A DNA stretch of 64,000 nucleotides from Podarcis filfolensis (taxonomy: Eukaryota). Location: NCBI GenBank assembly GCA_964270895.1, contig OZ185441.1; one strand, 5' to 3'. Within the stretch, counting starts at the first letter, position 1. Every line of letters starts with the position of its first letter. The position numbers and the translations under genes were made by a program. The notes below the pieces were generated by a model. It was not told the DNA's origin, made no database searches, and saw nothing but the letters and a program-made list of their open reading frames with translations. Below are positions 63,492 through 64,000 of the stretch, in pieces.

Positions 63492-63649
63492 CAGTGGCGT
63501 AGCGTGGGGGGTGCAGGGGGGGCCGGCCGCACCGGGCGCAACATCTGGGGTTAGGGCAAATCCATGGGGTAGGGGGCGCAAATCCACGGGTTAGGGGGCG
63601 CAAATTACTTGCCTTGCCCCGGGTGCTGACAACCCACGCTACGCCACTG
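63492..63649. mobile_element. Young hAT MITE
   Basis: Perfect 17-bp TIR cagtggcgtagcgtggg / cccacgctacgccactg; perfect 8-bp TSD gttctgac at 63484-63491 and 63650-63657. Confidence 0.95.
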
Positions 63650-64000
63650 GTTCTGACATCCTTCCTGGGCCAGGGCATCCAAATATCACTGGAAGGCACA
63701 AGAGCAGATGTACAGGCAGATACAGAGGTAAGGTGTACTCAATAAATATAATCTCTCCTCACTTTCTCCCAGCAGAAATGTCCCATTTGGAACTCTGAGC
63801 CCAACCTCCTGTGTTTTGAACTAAGAACACAATCCTATTTTCCCTGGGAGCACATTTCAGGGGATCTCCCTCTCTATGGGTGAGGAGGGAGATTTGTGAG
63901 CCTGAGCAGGAGGTCCACCTACAGGGTTCCCTTGCCACTGCTGCGGAAATATCCATGGCTGTACATTTTAACCAAAGGTCCATCAAGTCAAGCAGCCATC

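Overview
Eukaryotic, repeat-rich genomic DNA, almost certainly from a squamate reptile and probably a lacertid lizard (Sauria SINEs, squamate-type L1/L2/CR1/RTE LINEs and lizard-type hAT and Tc1/mariner MITEs). I could not identify any host protein-coding gene with confidence, so the window looks intronic or intergenic, with two weak terminal-exon candidates. The real coding content is transposon-derived: a young 5'-truncated L1 with an uninterrupted 688-aa RT/C-terminal ORF (8349-10658, minus), a second L1 with one in-frame CpG nonsense codon (1106-3060), short L1 3' ends, and RTE, CR1, L2 and DIRS fragments. Three items stand out. (1) A 2.2-kb TSD-flanked non-autonomous L1 derivative (50341-52577) has a CpG-rich 5' end and a 208-aa ORF that I cannot recognise as ORF1 or ORF2. 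(2) Three divergent solo-LTR-like elements (about 3221-3577, 28052-28542, 31608-32041) all open a reading frame V-R at LTR base 2 and encode an acidic tract followed by a PLSPR[ST][RK]R-like basic motif, suggesting an LTR-overlapping accessory ORF. (3) A Penelope-like fold-back insertion (27536-27759) has its inversion junction inside the hammerhead ribozyme core. Repeat family names come from my recall of motifs and consensus sequences, not from a database search.
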